Assembly (NCBI GenBank): GCA_965205605.1
Contig: CBDBHE010000001.1
Span: forward strand, 1 to 64,000
From: Spirochaetota bacterium
Lineage (GTDB): Bacteria > Spirochaetota > UBA12135 > COTS27 > CBDBHE01
Direction: 5' to 3'
DNA: 64,000 nucleotides
Part shown: piece after piece, positions 63,961 through 64,000 of the stretch
Layout: every line of letters starts with the position of its first letter
Numbering within the stretch: position 1 is the first letter of the stretch
Notes under the pieces: generated by a model
Database searches by the model: none
Told to the model about the DNA's origin: nothing
The model's input: only the letters and a program-made list of their open reading frames with translations
Translations under genes and position numbers: made by a program

Positions 63961-64000
63961 GGGGACGTAGCTCAGTTGGGAGAGCACCAGATTTGCATTC
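63961..64000 (+). tRNA. tRNA-Ala(TGC), truncated by window end
   Basis: GGGGACG-TAGCTCAGTTGGGAGAGC D-arm and TT-TGC-AT anticodon loop. Confidence 0.9.

Overview
Very AT-rich bacterial chromosomal segment, most likely a spirochaete (inferred from DUF2225-truA adjacency, an Rrp2/NtrC-like sigma54 activator, a long FliD and DUF4954). It is mostly core genes: leuCD, trpE-G/D-C-F-B-A, a reduced dcw cluster (murD-ftsW-murC-ddl-ftsQ-ftsA-ftsZ) running into fliD and a GGDEF gene, infC-rpmI-rplT, pheST-zapA, aroA-aroK-aroC, rpmE2, truA, alr, tsaB, xseA, a TRAP transporter, lspA, birA, trpR and tRNA-Ile/tRNA-Ala. The main accessory element is a 2,331-bp IS1595-family element (26-bp terminal inverted repeats, 8-bp target duplication) carrying a type II restriction-modification pair. 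It is inserted between ddl and ftsQ, and its transposase has an internal deletion. Other signals: a candidate ~75-nt sRNA with a CCUCCC loop and its own terminator, a (TAATGA)9 repeat abutting the murD start codon, an XseA with an extra N-terminal domain, and a sigma-factor-like gene pair after lspA. Several essential genes are split by single-base indels, most likely assembly errors. All product calls are from motif recognition; no searches were run.
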